A stretch of DNA of 64,000 nucleotides from Pseudomonadota bacterium. GTDB lineage: Bacteria; Desulfobacterota; Desulfobacteria; Desulfobacterales; JBDRRP01. Position 1 is the first letter of the stretch; each line of letters starts with the position of its first letter. Location of the stretch: the NCBI GenBank assembly GCA_043825735.1, contig JBDRRP010000107.1, positions 186,001 to 250,000 of the forward strand, read 5' to 3'. Positions 1 through 10,283 of this stretch are shown here, one piece after another. Under the pieces are notes generated by a model, which was given only the letters and a program-made list of their open reading frames with translations, had not been told where the DNA came from and did not search any database. Both the position numbers and the translations under genes were made by a program.

Positions 1-129
1 AAAACCAAAGATGGATCGCGCAGAGACGCTGAGGCGCAGAGAAAAGCAAATAGAATGGTGAAGACTTGAAGGGGCGGAGCGTGAGGGCGGATGGCGGATT
101 GCAAAGAACAGGAAACGCGGGCGGCTATC

Positions 130-219
130 AACGCTCTTAACAAACCTAACGCTCTTAACAAACCTAACGCTCCTAACGAACCTAACGCTCCAAACGAACC
201 TAACGCTCTAAACGATCCC
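130..219. repeat. 18-bp tandem repeat, 5 copies (AACGCTCTTAACAAACCT, degenerating)
   Basis: Units start at 130, 148, 166, 184 and 202; no spacers; intergenic. Confidence 0.9.
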
Positions 220-255
220 AACGAATGTGGTGAATCGCAAAAAGGCTTTGCTTTT

Positions 256-300
256 AACCTCAAACCTTGAACTTTGAACCCGGAACGCGGCGCAGCCGCC
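256..300 (+). repeat. Heptamer array (AACYYTG-like x4) plus GCGGC-GCA-GCCGC hairpin
   Basis: aacctca aaccttg aactttg aacccgg aacgcggcgcagccgcc; same architecture recurs at 1350-1408. Confidence 0.75.
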
Positions 301-318
301 AACCACCAACCGACTTTT

Positions 319-1005
319 ATGAAAAACCGGAATCAAAAAGTTGTGATCCTTACCGGCGCATCGGTCATCGCCCTGTGCATGATCTGCGTCGGGGTGTGGA
401 TCATCAAAATGCTGGTAGCCGACGACAGCCAGAAGCGCCACCGGAGGATCCAGCAGATCACCATGCTCAAACCGCCGCCGCCGCCGAAGGTCAAGGAAAT
501 GCCGCCGCCGCCCGAGATCAAGAAGAAAGATGAGATCGTCGAGCAGCCGCCGGAGGAGACTCCGCCGGAAGACCAGCAGGATGCCAGCGACGAACCGCCG
601 CCGGGTGACGACCTCGGGCTCGACGCCGACGGGTCGGGCGGTGCGGACGGATTCGGGCTGCGTGCCAAGAAGGGTGGGCGGGCGCTCATCGGGGGGGGAC
701 TGGGGACGAACTCACTTCTCCGAAAATATGCCTGGTACACTGAAATTCTGCAGAGCGAGATTAGAAAGCGGGTGAGAAAGTACCTGGAAGAAAACGGGGG
801 CGTTCCCAGCGGCAGTCTCAATACCTACGTCAAGATCCGTATAGACGCGGCTGGACGCATCAACAACTTCAAAATATACGGATCTTCGGGAAATGCCTCC
901 ATGGATCAAGCGGTCACCGAGGCCATCAAGATCACCCAATTCGGTGAAACGCCGCCGGATGGGATGCCCCTTACCATGAAGCTGAAGATATCGTCGAAGG
1001 GATAG
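319..1005 (+). CDS. TonB/TolA-family energy transducer
   Basis: N-terminal TM helix, Pro-rich linker (KPPPPPKVKEMPPPP), C-terminal TonB-like domain (GSSGNASMDQAV); ATG 319 chosen over upstream TTG. Confidence 0.8.
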   Translation: MKNRNQKVVILTGASVIALCMICVGVWIIKMLVADDSQKRHRRIQQITMLKPPPPPKVKEMPPPPEIKKKDEIVEQPPEETPPEDQQDASDEPPPGDDLGLDADGSGGADGFGLRAKKGGRALIGGGLGTNSLLRKYAWYTEILQSEIRKRVRKYLEENGGVPSGSLNTYVKIRIDAAGRINNFKIYGSSGNASMDQAVTEAIKITQFGETPPDGMPLTMKLKISSKG

Positions 1006-1185
1006 AAGGGCAGGGGACAGACGGAAAGACAGTGGGCAGAGAACAGGGGGAAGAAAATTCCGGCTATTGGTTATGCACCATTCTCCAGTGACTGGGCATG
1101 CGTTGCCTGGAAAGATGATATTCTTCGCTGCAACGAGAGCGCCTGGCGTGGGATCCCAAACGGGCGGCCCGGACCACGAGATAAT

Positions 1186-1280
1186 GTAGGGTGCGGGGTT
1201 TATCCCCGCCCGTACTCGGGTAACCGGAGACGATTGGGTCATCTTCGCCAATCGTGGGAGGGGATAATCCCCTCCCCCAC
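1186..1280. repeat. Inverted pair of REP-like palindromes
   Basis: GTAG-GGTGCGGGG-TTTAT-CCCCGCCC at 1186-1212; on the minus strand GTGG-GGGAGGGG-ATTAT-CCCCTCCC at 1253-1280. Confidence 0.7.
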
Positions 1281-1349
1281 AAAAGTGCATAACCGGATTC
1301 CGGATTAAGGCTATGTCACCACAGAAGAGCGGGGAAAACGGAGTTTTTA

Positions 1350-1408
1350 AACCTTAAATCTTGAACCTTGAACTTCGAACCCTGAACCCTGAACGCGGCG
1401 ACGCCGCC
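1350..1408 (+). repeat. Heptamer array (AACCYTG-like x6) plus GC-rich inverted repeat
   Basis: aacctta aatcttg aaccttg aacttcg aaccctg aaccctg aacgcggcgacgccgcc. Confidence 0.75.
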
Positions 1409-1440
1409 TACCAGAAACGTTTTTTGTCGGGAGTTTACCT

Positions 1441-3174
1441 TTGAGAAAACAACGAACTTTGATCGCGGCACTCGTTATCGCCGGCATGCTGCTGGTGTCG
1501 CCGTGTATCGGATTTCCCGAAAGTCAGCAGGACGCCGGAAAGGGGTTCGAAGGTACCGAAGCACTCATTGAACTCCTTAAGGAAAAAGGCGTCATCACGG
1601 AAAAAGAGGCTGAGCGGTTCGTTGACCGGTATCGCACCAATGAACGGCGGCAGCCGTCTCAGGTGATCACCATCGTCCCCCGGGAACAGTCCGACGAAAT
1701 GGTGACACGCATGACCCGGCAGGTCACCGACCAGGTGACCAATGACCTTCAGAATGTCCAGCAGGACCTGGACGGAATGAGCGAAGAATTGCTGCGGCGT
1801 TCACGGCTCCAGGAGAAAAAAATCGAAGATCTCGAACGGGTGCTCAAGGATGACCACGGCACCAAGCTTTTCAATTCGAGCTGGGCCCAGCGCATCCGGT
1901 TCGGAGGAGACGTCAGGCTTCGTCACCGCAGGGATTTTTATGCCAAGGACAATGCGAGATTCGTTCCCAAAGTCGGCAGCCTGACCGAATATAAAGACAT
2001 CACCAATGACAACCAGGTCTCTCAGGTCAGGGCGCGTCTGGGTGTTGTCGCACAGATCACCGATCCACGGGACACCAATGTCGGCAAGGTGGAAACCGGT
2101 CTGCGGGTTGCAACGGGGAGCTTGACCAATCCTGTTTCGACCAACTACACCATCGACAATACCTCGCAGAGCCGATCCGACATCGTATTGGATCTGGCTT
2201 ACATCAAGTGGGCCTATGAGCCGCTGGAGCCCCCCTGGGGGGAGAGCATCCCCAAGGTGACGCTCTCCGGGGGTATTTTCCAGAACCCGTGGTTTCACAC
2301 CAACCTTGTCTGGGACGGGGATCTCTCCTTTGGCGGTGTGGCCGCCGATTTCCGGTCGGACACCCTGCAGCAAAACCCCTTCAAGGCGTTTTTGACAGTA
2401 GGTTACTTTCCGTTGGAATCATACCAATACACCCATGACGACAAGTACCTGATTGCCGGTCAGGTGGGGTTTTCCCACCAGGCCACTTTCGACCTCGGAT
2501 ATCAGATCGGCGTGGCGTTTTATGATTACAAGAACGTGACGGCCGAGATCGTCGACGTGAATACAGTTGGCCCCACCACGGCATCCGAGAAACTGGCCCG
2601 AAACAAGCCCAAGTTCACCCAGCAAGGCAATACCACCTTCATCACCAATCCCACCGCGGCCGGTCTTCCCGGTTCGGCGGTACTGGGGCTTGCCGGCGAA
2701 TACCGGCTTCTGAATCTCACCGCAAAAATGGATTACACCGCCTTTTTCCCGATTACGATCACCTTCTGGGGGGACTACGTGAATAATATTGGGTGGGATC
2801 CGGCCGAAGTGGCGCGGCTCACCGGCACGACCATCGATCTGGTGAAAGATTATTCCGGAAACATAGGATATCAGTTGGGTTTCCGCGTTGGATACCCGAG
2901 GCCCCGGTCTTTCGGGGAATGGAACACATCGATTTTCTACCGTTACCTGGAAAGCGATTCCGTGTACGCAGCCTTTACCGATTCGGATTTTCATGACGGC
3001 GGTACCAATGCGAAAGGGTGGGGCCTGGGCACCGAAGTGGGCCTCTACAAGGATGTCTGGCTAAACGCCCGCTGGATGTCCACCCAGGAAATCACGGATG
3101 TGGAACTCATCGATCTTCAGGATGAAGACTATGCGGTGGACCATTTCTTCATCGACGTGAACGCTGAATTTTAA
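1441..3174 (+). CDS. Putative porin (outer-membrane beta-barrel with N-terminal coiled coil)
   Basis: Signal peptide; LIELLKEKGVIT motif; IRFGGDVRLR, LVWDGDL and FTDSDFHDGGTNAKGW motifs; terminal Phe (DVNAEF). Confidence 0.8.
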   Translation: MRKQRTLIAALVIAGMLLVSPCIGFPESQQDAGKGFEGTEALIELLKEKGVITEKEAERFVDRYRTNERRQPSQVITIVPREQSDEMVTRMTRQVTDQVTNDLQNVQQDLDGMSEELLRRSRLQEKKIEDLERVLKDDHGTKLFNSSWAQRIRFGGDVRLRHRRDFYAKDNARFVPKVGSLTEYKDITNDNQVSQVRARLGVVAQITDPRDTNVGKVETGLRVATGSLTNPVSTNYTIDNTSQSRSDIVLDLAYIKWAYEPLEPPWGESIPKVTLSGGIFQNPWFHTNLVWDGDLSFGGVAADFRSDTLQQNPFKAFLTVGYFPLESYQYTHDDKYLIAGQVGFSHQATFDLGYQIGVAFYDYKNVTAEIVDVNTVGPTTASEKLARNKPKFTQQGNTTFITNPTAAGLPGSAVLGLAGEYRLLNLTAKMDYTAFFPITITFWGDYVNNIGWDPAEVARLTGTTIDLVKDYSGNIGYQLGFRVGYPRPRSFGEWNTSIFYRYLESDSVYAAFTDSDFHDGGTNAKGWGLGTEVGLYKDVWLNARWMSTQEITDVELIDLQDEDYAVDHFFIDVNAEF

Positions 3175-3203
3175 TCCGCTGTGTCGGTGTCGGGAGAAAA
3201 GGG

Positions 3204-3923
3204 TTGATTAAAAAAATCATTTTTCGGGCGGCGGCGGCGTTGGTCATCCTCGGATTGGCCGGTGCAGCCGGTTTTTTCGGATACGAACGGCATCGGCAGC
3301 AGAAGGCGCTCGCCGAGTCGACCCGATCGCTCGATACCAGTGAGCGAAGGAATAAGGCGCTTCAACGAAAGATCGCAGAAGATAACGCCAAGGGCGTTGT
3401 CCTGCTGCGGTCCAAGCTGGCCGTCGATCAGGAAAACACCCTACTCAAAGAAGATTTGGCCGCTGCCCTGGATAACAACAGCGCCCTGATCGCTGCGTTA
3501 GAAGAAGAAAAGAGCAAAAAGGGTCTGACCGTCGCCGGTCTTGAAAAAAAGATAAAAACCCTAAACGACGACAACGACGCGTTGAGTGCCGCTATTCTGG
3601 AAATTAAAGGTCGCCTGGCCGATGCCGATGCTACGATCAAGGAAAAGGATGAAAAGATCGAATCGCTCGAGACACGGCAATCTGACTTGGCTGCCCGGCT
3701 GGGCGATGCCGAGCAGGGGCTCGACCGGTGCATCGGCAACAATCGAAAGCTCAGTCAGCTTGCCGGGGAATTGGTCGAAAAATACAAGGGGAAAACGCTT
3801 GGAGAGACCCTGGCAGAGACGGAGCCGTTCACCCAGATCCAGCGGGTCGAGTTGGAACACCTGATTCAGGAGTACCAGGAAAGCATCGACGATGAAACCA
3901 TCACGGACAGGAATCGGAGTTGA
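3204..3923 (+). CDS. Membrane-anchored coiled-coil protein, unknown function
   Basis: N-terminal TM, heptad-rich body, C-terminal CxxNNxxL...EPFTQIQRVELE motif. Confidence 0.75.
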   Translation: MIKKIIFRAAAALVILGLAGAAGFFGYERHRQQKALAESTRSLDTSERRNKALQRKIAEDNAKGVVLLRSKLAVDQENTLLKEDLAAALDNNSALIAALEEEKSKKGLTVAGLEKKIKTLNDDNDALSAAILEIKGRLADADATIKEKDEKIESLETRQSDLAARLGDAEQGLDRCIGNNRKLSQLAGELVEKYKGKTLGETLAETEPFTQIQRVELEHLIQEYQESIDDETITDRNRS

Positions 3924-3941
3924 TGCTCCGGTGACCGGCTA

Positions 3942-6182
3942 ATGATGGCACGAATCGATATCGACAAGGATTCCCCCCGCCGAATCCCTTCGCCACTGAT
4001 CGCGCTGATCATTATCGCCGCCACCGTGCTCGCCTACAGCCCCGTTTACCAGGCAGATTTCATCTGGGACGACGACCAGTATGTGGTCGAAAACCAACAC
4101 CTGAAATCGGCCGACGGGCTCAAGCGCATCTGGTTCGAACCGGGTGCCACCCCTCAGTATTACCCGCTGGTGTTCAGCACTTTTTGGATCGAAGAAAAGC
4201 TCTGGGGCCTCTCACCAATCGGCTATCACGCGGTGAATGTGTTTTTGCACGCCCTGGGTGCCCTCCTGCTCTGGATGGTGTTGATGCGGCTCAAGGTGCC
4301 GTGGGCGTGGGCCTTCGGAGCGGGGTTGGTGTTTGCCCTGCATCCGGTGCACGTGGAGTCGGTGGCCTGGATCACTGAACGGAAAAATGTGCTTTCGGGC
4401 GTGTTTTACCTGGCTTCGGCCTTGGCGATGATCGCATGGTTGCGCGTTGAGGCGCCGGACTCGGAAAAATTTGGACCCCGGCCGCTCTACGCCCTTGGGT
4501 TTTTCTTATTCATGGGCGCACTCATGAGCAAGACCGTGACCTGCTCGCTGCCGGCGGCCTTGCTGTTGATCGTCTGGTGGCAGCAGGGACGGGTTGGGCT
4601 AAAGACGATCATCGCCCTTACGCCGTTTTTTTTCGCAGGAATCGTCTTTGGCTTGATGACCGTCTGGCTCGAGCGGGCGCATGTGGGCGCGGAAGGCGCC
4701 GAATGGAGCTTCACGATTCTTGAACGGTGCCTCATCGCCGGCCGGGCCATTTGGTTTTATGCGGGAAAGCTCATTTGGCCCCATCCGCTGGTGTTCAATT
4801 ACCCGGCCTGGACCATCGACGCCACGGCCTTGTGGCAATACCTCTATCCGACTGGCGTGATCGCGCTCATCGGGGCGCTGTGGCTTTTGCGCCGCCGGTT
4901 GGGCCGCGGACCGCTGGCCGGGGTATTGTTTTTTTGCGGCACGTTGTTTCCGGCATTGGGATTTTTCAATGTCTACCCGTTTCGATTCTCCTTTGTCGCC
5001 GATCATTTTCAGTACCACGCCAGCATCGGCCTGATCGTTCTGGGTGTCATGGCGCTGAACAGCGCTGCCGTCCGTCCGGGAAAGACTTTTAGGGCATTTC
5101 CTGCCGGCATCCTGGCCCTGTTCATCGCGGCATTCGGCTGGCAGACCTATCGACAGTGCCCGGTTTATCAGGACCTTGAAACCTTGTGGACGGCGACGAT
5201 CCAAAGAAATCCCTCCGCATGGCTCGCCCATAACAATCTTGCCAATCTGATGACCAGGCAGGGACGTTTCGATGCGGCGGCAATACACCACATAGCTGCG
5301 CTGAAATACAGACCGGATCCTGAGGTATCCCATAACAACCTGGCCGACACCCTGGTCAAAGGCGGCAAGGTCGCGGAAGCGGAGCCGCATTTTCAAACGG
5401 CGCTTCGGATTCGGCCTGATTATGCGCTGGCCATGCTCAATTACGGTTTTCTGAAAGAGGCTCAAGGAGATGTGGAAGCGGCCCGGCATCTTTATGAACA
5501 AGCCATTACCGTTGCCCCCGAGTACGCCGAAGCCCATCTCAACCTGGGGCAGATTCATGATCGACAGGGGCGGCCGCAGGAAGCGGAGCGCCATTTCAGA
5601 GCCGCCCTGCGATATCGACCGGCCATGGTTGAAGCCTATATCGCGTTGGGTGGCGTCTTAGCCCGCCGGGGTGATCTCGAAGACGCCAGGGATGCCTTCG
5701 CCGAAGCGCTGCAACGGCGCAGCGACGCTATCGAAGCGCATTACAACCTGGGATTGACACTGACCCGGATGGGAAACAGCGAGGATGCGCTCGGTCATTT
5801 CTCGGAAGCCCTGCGCATCAATCCGCGGTTTTCTGACGCCCACCTGCAGGTTGGCAAACTGATGGCCGGTAGCGGCAAACTCGATGCTGCCCGGCAGCGG
5901 TTTTCCGCGGTGCTTCGAATCGACCCGGAAAACGCCGAGGCTCATTTACATTTGGGGCTTGTCGAGGGCCTTGGCGGCCGGTTCGATGAGGCAATCGGCC
6001 ACCTGCAGCGATCCGTCCAACTCGAACCGACATCGGTCATGGCCCGATTCCGCCTCGCGCAAAGCTACTGGCTGGCTGGCCGCCATGAGGAAGCCAGGGT
6101 GGAACTCGAGCGATTAAAACCGATGAACGCCGCCAAGGCCGAAGCGTTGGCGGCATTCATGAAGGATAATGGCGCATCATAG
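3942..6182 (+). CDS. TMTC-like GT-C membrane glycosyltransferase with C-terminal TPR array
   Basis: FIWDDDQY acidic loop after TM1, HPVHVESVAWITERKN and ADHFQY motifs, multiple TM helices, then many TPRs. Confidence 0.8.
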   Translation: MMARIDIDKDSPRRIPSPLIALIIIAATVLAYSPVYQADFIWDDDQYVVENQHLKSADGLKRIWFEPGATPQYYPLVFSTFWIEEKLWGLSPIGYHAVNVFLHALGALLLWMVLMRLKVPWAWAFGAGLVFALHPVHVESVAWITERKNVLSGVFYLASALAMIAWLRVEAPDSEKFGPRPLYALGFFLFMGALMSKTVTCSLPAALLLIVWWQQGRVGLKTIIALTPFFFAGIVFGLMTVWLERAHVGAEGAEWSFTILERCLIAGRAIWFYAGKLIWPHPLVFNYPAWTIDATALWQYLYPTGVIALIGALWLLRRRLGRGPLAGVLFFCGTLFPALGFFNVYPFRFSFVADHFQYHASIGLIVLGVMALNSAAVRPGKTFRAFPAGILALFIAAFGWQTYRQCPVYQDLETLWTATIQRNPSAWLAHNNLANLMTRQGRFDAAAIHHIAALKYRPDPEVSHNNLADTLVKGGKVAEAEPHFQTALRIRPDYALAMLNYGFLKEAQGDVEAARHLYEQAITVAPEYAEAHLNLGQIHDRQGRPQEAERHFRAALRYRPAMVEAYIALGGVLARRGDLEDARDAFAEALQRRSDAIEAHYNLGLTLTRMGNSEDALGHFSEALRINPRFSDAHLQVGKLMAGSGKLDAARQRFSAVLRIDPENAEAHLHLGLVEGLGGRFDEAIGHLQRSVQLEPTSVMARFRLAQSYWLAGRHEEARVELERLKPMNAAKAEALAAFMKDNGAS

Positions 6183-6204
6183 TCGGTTCCTGATCCTGCC
6201 AGTC

Positions 6205-8550
6205 CTATCGACTGTTTTTCATCAGATGCGCTACCGATGACGCTGCCGCCGGGTTGATGGCCGACAAGGCCGTGTATGCTTCAGCCGCGGCTGATGGATT
6301 GCCTGAAACGAGATAGGCCTTGATGAGATTGAGCCTTGCTTCCGCCCCTTCGGGTTGGATCTCGACCGCCTTTTGAAACTGCGCCGTCGCCCGGTCGAGG
6401 TCCCCGGCCATGGCCTGGGCGATCCCGATCCGGATCCGTGCCTCGTAGTAATCGGGATTCAGGGCGATGCTTTTTTCATAGTGGGCCATGGCCTGATCAT
6501 GGTTCCCCCGTCTGGCCTCCGCGGTGCCGAGATGGAGATAGGCTTCGGCGCCTTCCGGGTTTTGCCGGATGGCCTTCCGGAACCAGTCGATGGCTTCCTC
6601 GCTTGATGGGTCTTGCTTGCTCAGCGCCAGCCCCAGGTTGACGAGGGCCGTGTAGTTGTCCGCATCCATGTCCAGCACCCGGCGAAACGTCGCGGCGGCC
6701 GCGGTCAGATCGCCGGTGCTCGCCTGAAGCTTTCCCAACCCCTCATAGGCCGGCAGCAATCCATCGTCTTCTTCGATGGCCGCCGCAAACTGCCGGCGTG
6801 CGGCGGCCAAATCGCCGTCTTCCATGAGCAGATGGGCGAGGTTGACACGCGCTTCGGCCAGATTGGGAGAAATATCCAGGGCGGTCTCATAATGTCTCCG
6901 GGCGTCTTCCTTCCGGCCCAGAAGGTCGAGGGCTTTTCCCATGTTGTAATGGGCCACCGCATACCGGGGGTCGATGGCCAGTGCCTTTTGCAGGTTTTGG
7001 ATACCCAGGGGTATGTCGCCCCGCTCAACATGGAGCTGGCCCAGGTTGTTGTAAGGGGCCGCCGCAGCGGGGTCCGTCTCGATGGCTTTGCTGAGGTAAG
7101 CGGTCGCCTTTTCGCTGTCGCCGGATCGGATATACACCATGGCCAGATTGTTGAAGTGGGTGCCTGCGGGATTGCCCTGGTCGAGGGCCTTGAAGTCGTA
7201 ATTGACCAGAAGAAAGAAGGCCGCCAGTGCCGCCAATGCTCCCGCCGCGGTCTTACGACCGTGGTTGACCGCAGTGGCGACGCGCCAACCCGCCCACGCC
7301 GCCAACATGATGGTGAAGGGCTCGGCGGGCAGGCGGTAGCGGTCGGAGATGAAAAACAGGATGATCGATCCGCTGCAAGCCAGATAGAAGCTCAACACCA
7401 GTGCCTTTTTGTCATCCATGGCGCGAAGGGCCAGGAAAACCCCGATAAATGCCAGCGGCGACACAAGCCCATAACTGATGAACGGCAGGTTGAAGAGCGG
7501 AACCAGCCTCCGGCTCAGTGGGTAGTCGATGTTGAGGCTGATCTCTTCCTTCCGGATAAACAGCAACGTCTTTTTCGCATAGAGTGTTGCGGCATCGAAG
7601 GGATGGCTGGCGAGATAGGAAAGCCCTTTGCGCAGCCAGAAGCGCGAGGCTTCATAAGGCGACAGGGGCTTGCCGGTTTCCATGGATGCCAGGCGGATTG
7701 ATGTCTTGATCTGGGAAGCCGGGTTGCTCGAAACCCCGCTGGGAGACATAAAGATGCCTTCGGCCGCCGGGTTGTTGCCGATGTAGAAATTAAACCCCCC
7801 GTGAGCGGCAAACGGGGACGCCGAGCTGAAATAATGGTAGTGGCGGACGGCGGAGGCTGCCAGCATGATCCCTGCGGCGATCGAAAAGACTGCCAGCAAC
7901 CCGGCTGTGCGTCTGGCGGTGAAACGGCTCCGGGCAAGAAAGATCCCATAAACCGGCAGCAAGGGGAAAAACAGCACCACATTGGGCCGCGCCAGCAGCA
8001 GCAATCCGAAAGCAAGCCCGGCGGCGGCGAAGTACCCGATAGGGTGTCTTCTCTCGCTGCCGAAAATCAGCAGACTGATAAAGGAGAGTTCCAGGAATAT
8101 CGAGACCGTCGTATCGAGCACGAGCCCGCTGTAAAAAATGGCGATGCCGTAAAAGGCGTACAGAAAACCGGCGGCGATACCCACTGTGCGATTGAATGTT
8201 TGCCATGCGATGTAGCAGACCAGAAGGCTGCTGGCGGCATCCAGCAACGCCTGGAGTCCCAACACCACAGTCTGATCGAGCCCGGCCACCGCATAGACGG
8301 CGGCCAGGAAAAACTGGTAGAACTCGTTGAGAAAAATGGAATCCTTGTACCCCCAATCTCCGTTGACGATGCGCATGGCCAGTGCATCAAAGAGGCTGGA
8401 ATCCATGGACAGCCCGTGTCGAAGCGGCGTATCCGCGGCCTGGATCAGATAAACAGCGCGCACCGCAATAGCGCTGACAAACAGAGTGGTCAATACGCTG
8501 CGCGCAGAAAAAGCGGTTGTGTATTTGGTGAAGATCGCTGACCGGTTCAT
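6205..8550 (-). CDS. ArnT/PMT-like (GT-C) membrane glycosyltransferase with C-terminal TPR array
   Basis: Multi-TM N-terminal half (MDSSLFD, LARPN, NFYIGNN, DRYRLP); TPR repeats in the C-terminal half. Confidence 0.75.
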   Translation of the reverse strand: MNRSAIFTKYTTAFSARSVLTTLFVSAIAVRAVYLIQAADTPLRHGLSMDSSLFDALAMRIVNGDWGYKDSIFLNEFYQFFLAAVYAVAGLDQTVVLGLQALLDAASSLLVCYIAWQTFNRTVGIAAGFLYAFYGIAIFYSGLVLDTTVSIFLELSFISLLIFGSERRHPIGYFAAAGLAFGLLLLARPNVVLFFPLLPVYGIFLARSRFTARRTAGLLAVFSIAAGIMLAASAVRHYHYFSSASPFAAHGGFNFYIGNNPAAEGIFMSPSGVSSNPASQIKTSIRLASMETGKPLSPYEASRFWLRKGLSYLASHPFDAATLYAKKTLLFIRKEEISLNIDYPLSRRLVPLFNLPFISYGLVSPLAFIGVFLALRAMDDKKALVLSFYLACSGSIILFFISDRYRLPAEPFTIMLAAWAGWRVATAVNHGRKTAAGALAALAAFFLLVNYDFKALDQGNPAGTHFNNLAMVYIRSGDSEKATAYLSKAIETDPAAAAPYNNLGQLHVERGDIPLGIQNLQKALAIDPRYAVAHYNMGKALDLLGRKEDARRHYETALDISPNLAEARVNLAHLLMEDGDLAAARRQFAAAIEEDDGLLPAYEGLGKLQASTGDLTAAAATFRRVLDMDADNYTALVNLGLALSKQDPSSEEAIDWFRKAIRQNPEGAEAYLHLGTAEARRGNHDQAMAHYEKSIALNPDYYEARIRIGIAQAMAGDLDRATAQFQKAVEIQPEGAEARLNLIKAYLVSGNPSAAAEAYTALSAINPAAASSVAHLMKNSR

Positions 8551-10283
8551 TGATTGTACACATACATGGCGTTAGCGATGACGGCCTCCGGGGGCCGGCG
8601 CAATAGTGGTTTCAAATCCTGTTTTCCTGCCCCGAATATTCCGCCCATGGGAAAATAGCCGACAAGGTGGTTGGCACTGACGGCCGCCGGGCCGAGGGTT
8701 TGCCCCATCCGGTATGGGCGCCACCGGATACCGTAGGTCCGGGGGTCGATCGGTCCGCTGTACGAAAGTGCGATCTCCTCGATGTGGTGTTGATCCATAT
8801 AGCGTTTCAGCTCCTTGAGTTGTTGCCCCCAGTCGAGATTGGAGTCAGCCAGAATGCGCATGCCGCCTTGAGAACCTCCGGCGACTTCGTTGAAGTAGGC
8901 AAGATAAAAGGGACCGCTGCGAAGCGTTCCCGCCGCGTGCCAGGTCAACAGGACAATGATTCCGTAACGGGCCCATCGTTTATTAAAGGCGCGCCAAACG
9001 GCGCCGGACAAAACGAACAGCAAGGGAAAGCATGGCAGCAGGTAGCGGATTCCGTAGTTGGTACTGGTCATCAGGATAAATGACGATAGAAACAGTAACG
9101 GCGTTAAAAAAAGCGCTACGCCTGCAGGCCAGTGCTCCGGATGCCTGAAATGACCGACAGCGGTGATGGCTGCGACACTCCACATCATCAACACTGGGAT
9201 TGGCACTTTGGTAGCCACGGCGATCGGAAAATACGCGTACCATCCGGTATGGGACAGTTCGCCGTTTAAATAGAAAATACCCAAGCGGTAGTGCGCCCTG
9301 GCCAGTTCACTGTCGATTCCCATGATGGCGGCATAGGGCAGTGGGATGGGAAGCCAAGCGGGAAGAACCCCCTGAAATGTGGTGAACAGCGGCGCATGAA
9401 ACACCTGTCCCCCCAACGGGCGAAGCATGTCCGAAAACAGATAGCCGCTGCAAAAAACCAAGTAAGCGATTAGAACAACGGCGGCGCAATTCTTCAGCAA
9501 ACGTCCTAATCGGATGGCTTGGCTGACATTTTGCTGCGACATGGCTTGAAGCCCAATAATGAGAAACACGGGCACCAGCAGTAGACCGTTGGTAAACTTG
9601 GTGAGCAGGGCGGCACCCAGGGCGATCGCTGCGATGATGAGCCAATAAAATCGATTGCTTTGGCTCCATTGAATATGCGCATACAGTGTGAGCGTCGCAA
9701 AAAACGCTGTGGCCACATCAGTCGTGGCCAGACTCGCATGGGCCAACACGGTGGGGCTCAGGCAATACAGCGCCAGGGATATCAATGCCCCGGCATCGCC
9801 ATACAGAGACCGGCTCCAGCCATATACGATGATACCTAAAAGCGCCCCCAGCAACAGGATCGCCATGCGACAGCGAAAGATCATCCTGTCGTAGCGCGTA
9901 CCGGGTGTTGTGGTTTCGGCATCCCCGGCAGGCGTCAAATTGGCGAACATGAAATCTTCGGCAAATCGCCACCGGTACTCGGGATCCCGAGCGGCCTCTG
10001 CGTCGATGGCCGGCAGCCGGCAATCGGCAAGAATCGGCAGGGTCGAGATCAGCCTCGCCAGCGGCGGGTTGTGAGGGTAGATGGTGAATGACTGCTGTCT
10101 CCAATAGGCCACACCGGCCGGCACATGGGCGAATTCGTCAAAAGTGACGGATGCGCGGATAGCCGAGGCGATCCCCATGCAGACAAATACTACCAGCAGC
10201 AACGCGGCGGCCGCAGTCTGCCACGACACCATCCTTATGGCAGTGCGCGGCTTCATGGTGCGGATGGCCGTCTTGGTTTCCAT
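8547..10283 (-). CDS. ArnT/PMT-like (GT-C) lipid-carrier-dependent glycosyltransferase
   Basis: TFDEFAH, NPPL, LATTD, LLTKFT, RYLLP and LADSNLDWGQ motifs; 4-bp overlap with the next gene. Confidence 0.8.
   Translation of the reverse strand: METKTAIRTMKPRTAIRMVSWQTAAAALLLVVFVCMGIASAIRASVTFDEFAHVPAGVAYWRQQSFTIYPHNPPLARLISTLPILADCRLPAIDAEAARDPEYRWRFAEDFMFANLTPAGDAETTTPGTRYDRMIFRCRMAILLLGALLGIIVYGWSRSLYGDAGALISLALYCLSPTVLAHASLATTDVATAFFATLTLYAHIQWSQSNRFYWLIIAAIALGAALLTKFTNGLLLVPVFLIIGLQAMSQQNVSQAIRLGRLLKNCAAVVLIAYLVFCSGYLFSDMLRPLGGQVFHAPLFTTFQGVLPAWLPIPLPYAAIMGIDSELARAHYRLGIFYLNGELSHTGWYAYFPIAVATKVPIPVLMMWSVAAITAVGHFRHPEHWPAGVALFLTPLLFLSSFILMTSTNYGIRYLLPCFPLLFVLSGAVWRAFNKRWARYGIIVLLTWHAAGTLRSGPFYLAYFNEVAGGSQGGMRILADSNLDWGQQLKELKRYMDQHHIEEIALSYSGPIDPRTYGIRWRPYRMGQTLGPAAVSANHLVGYFPMGGIFGAGKQDLKPLLRRPPEAVIANAMYVYNQ

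Noticed and set aside
130..219. Possible CRISPR array
   Set aside because: Repeats are contiguous with no unique spacers, and there are no cas genes
691..698. G8 tract in the TonB gene (also T9 at 18670-18678 in wzx)
   Set aside because: Short, in frame and explained by Gly or Phe codons; no sign of frameshift
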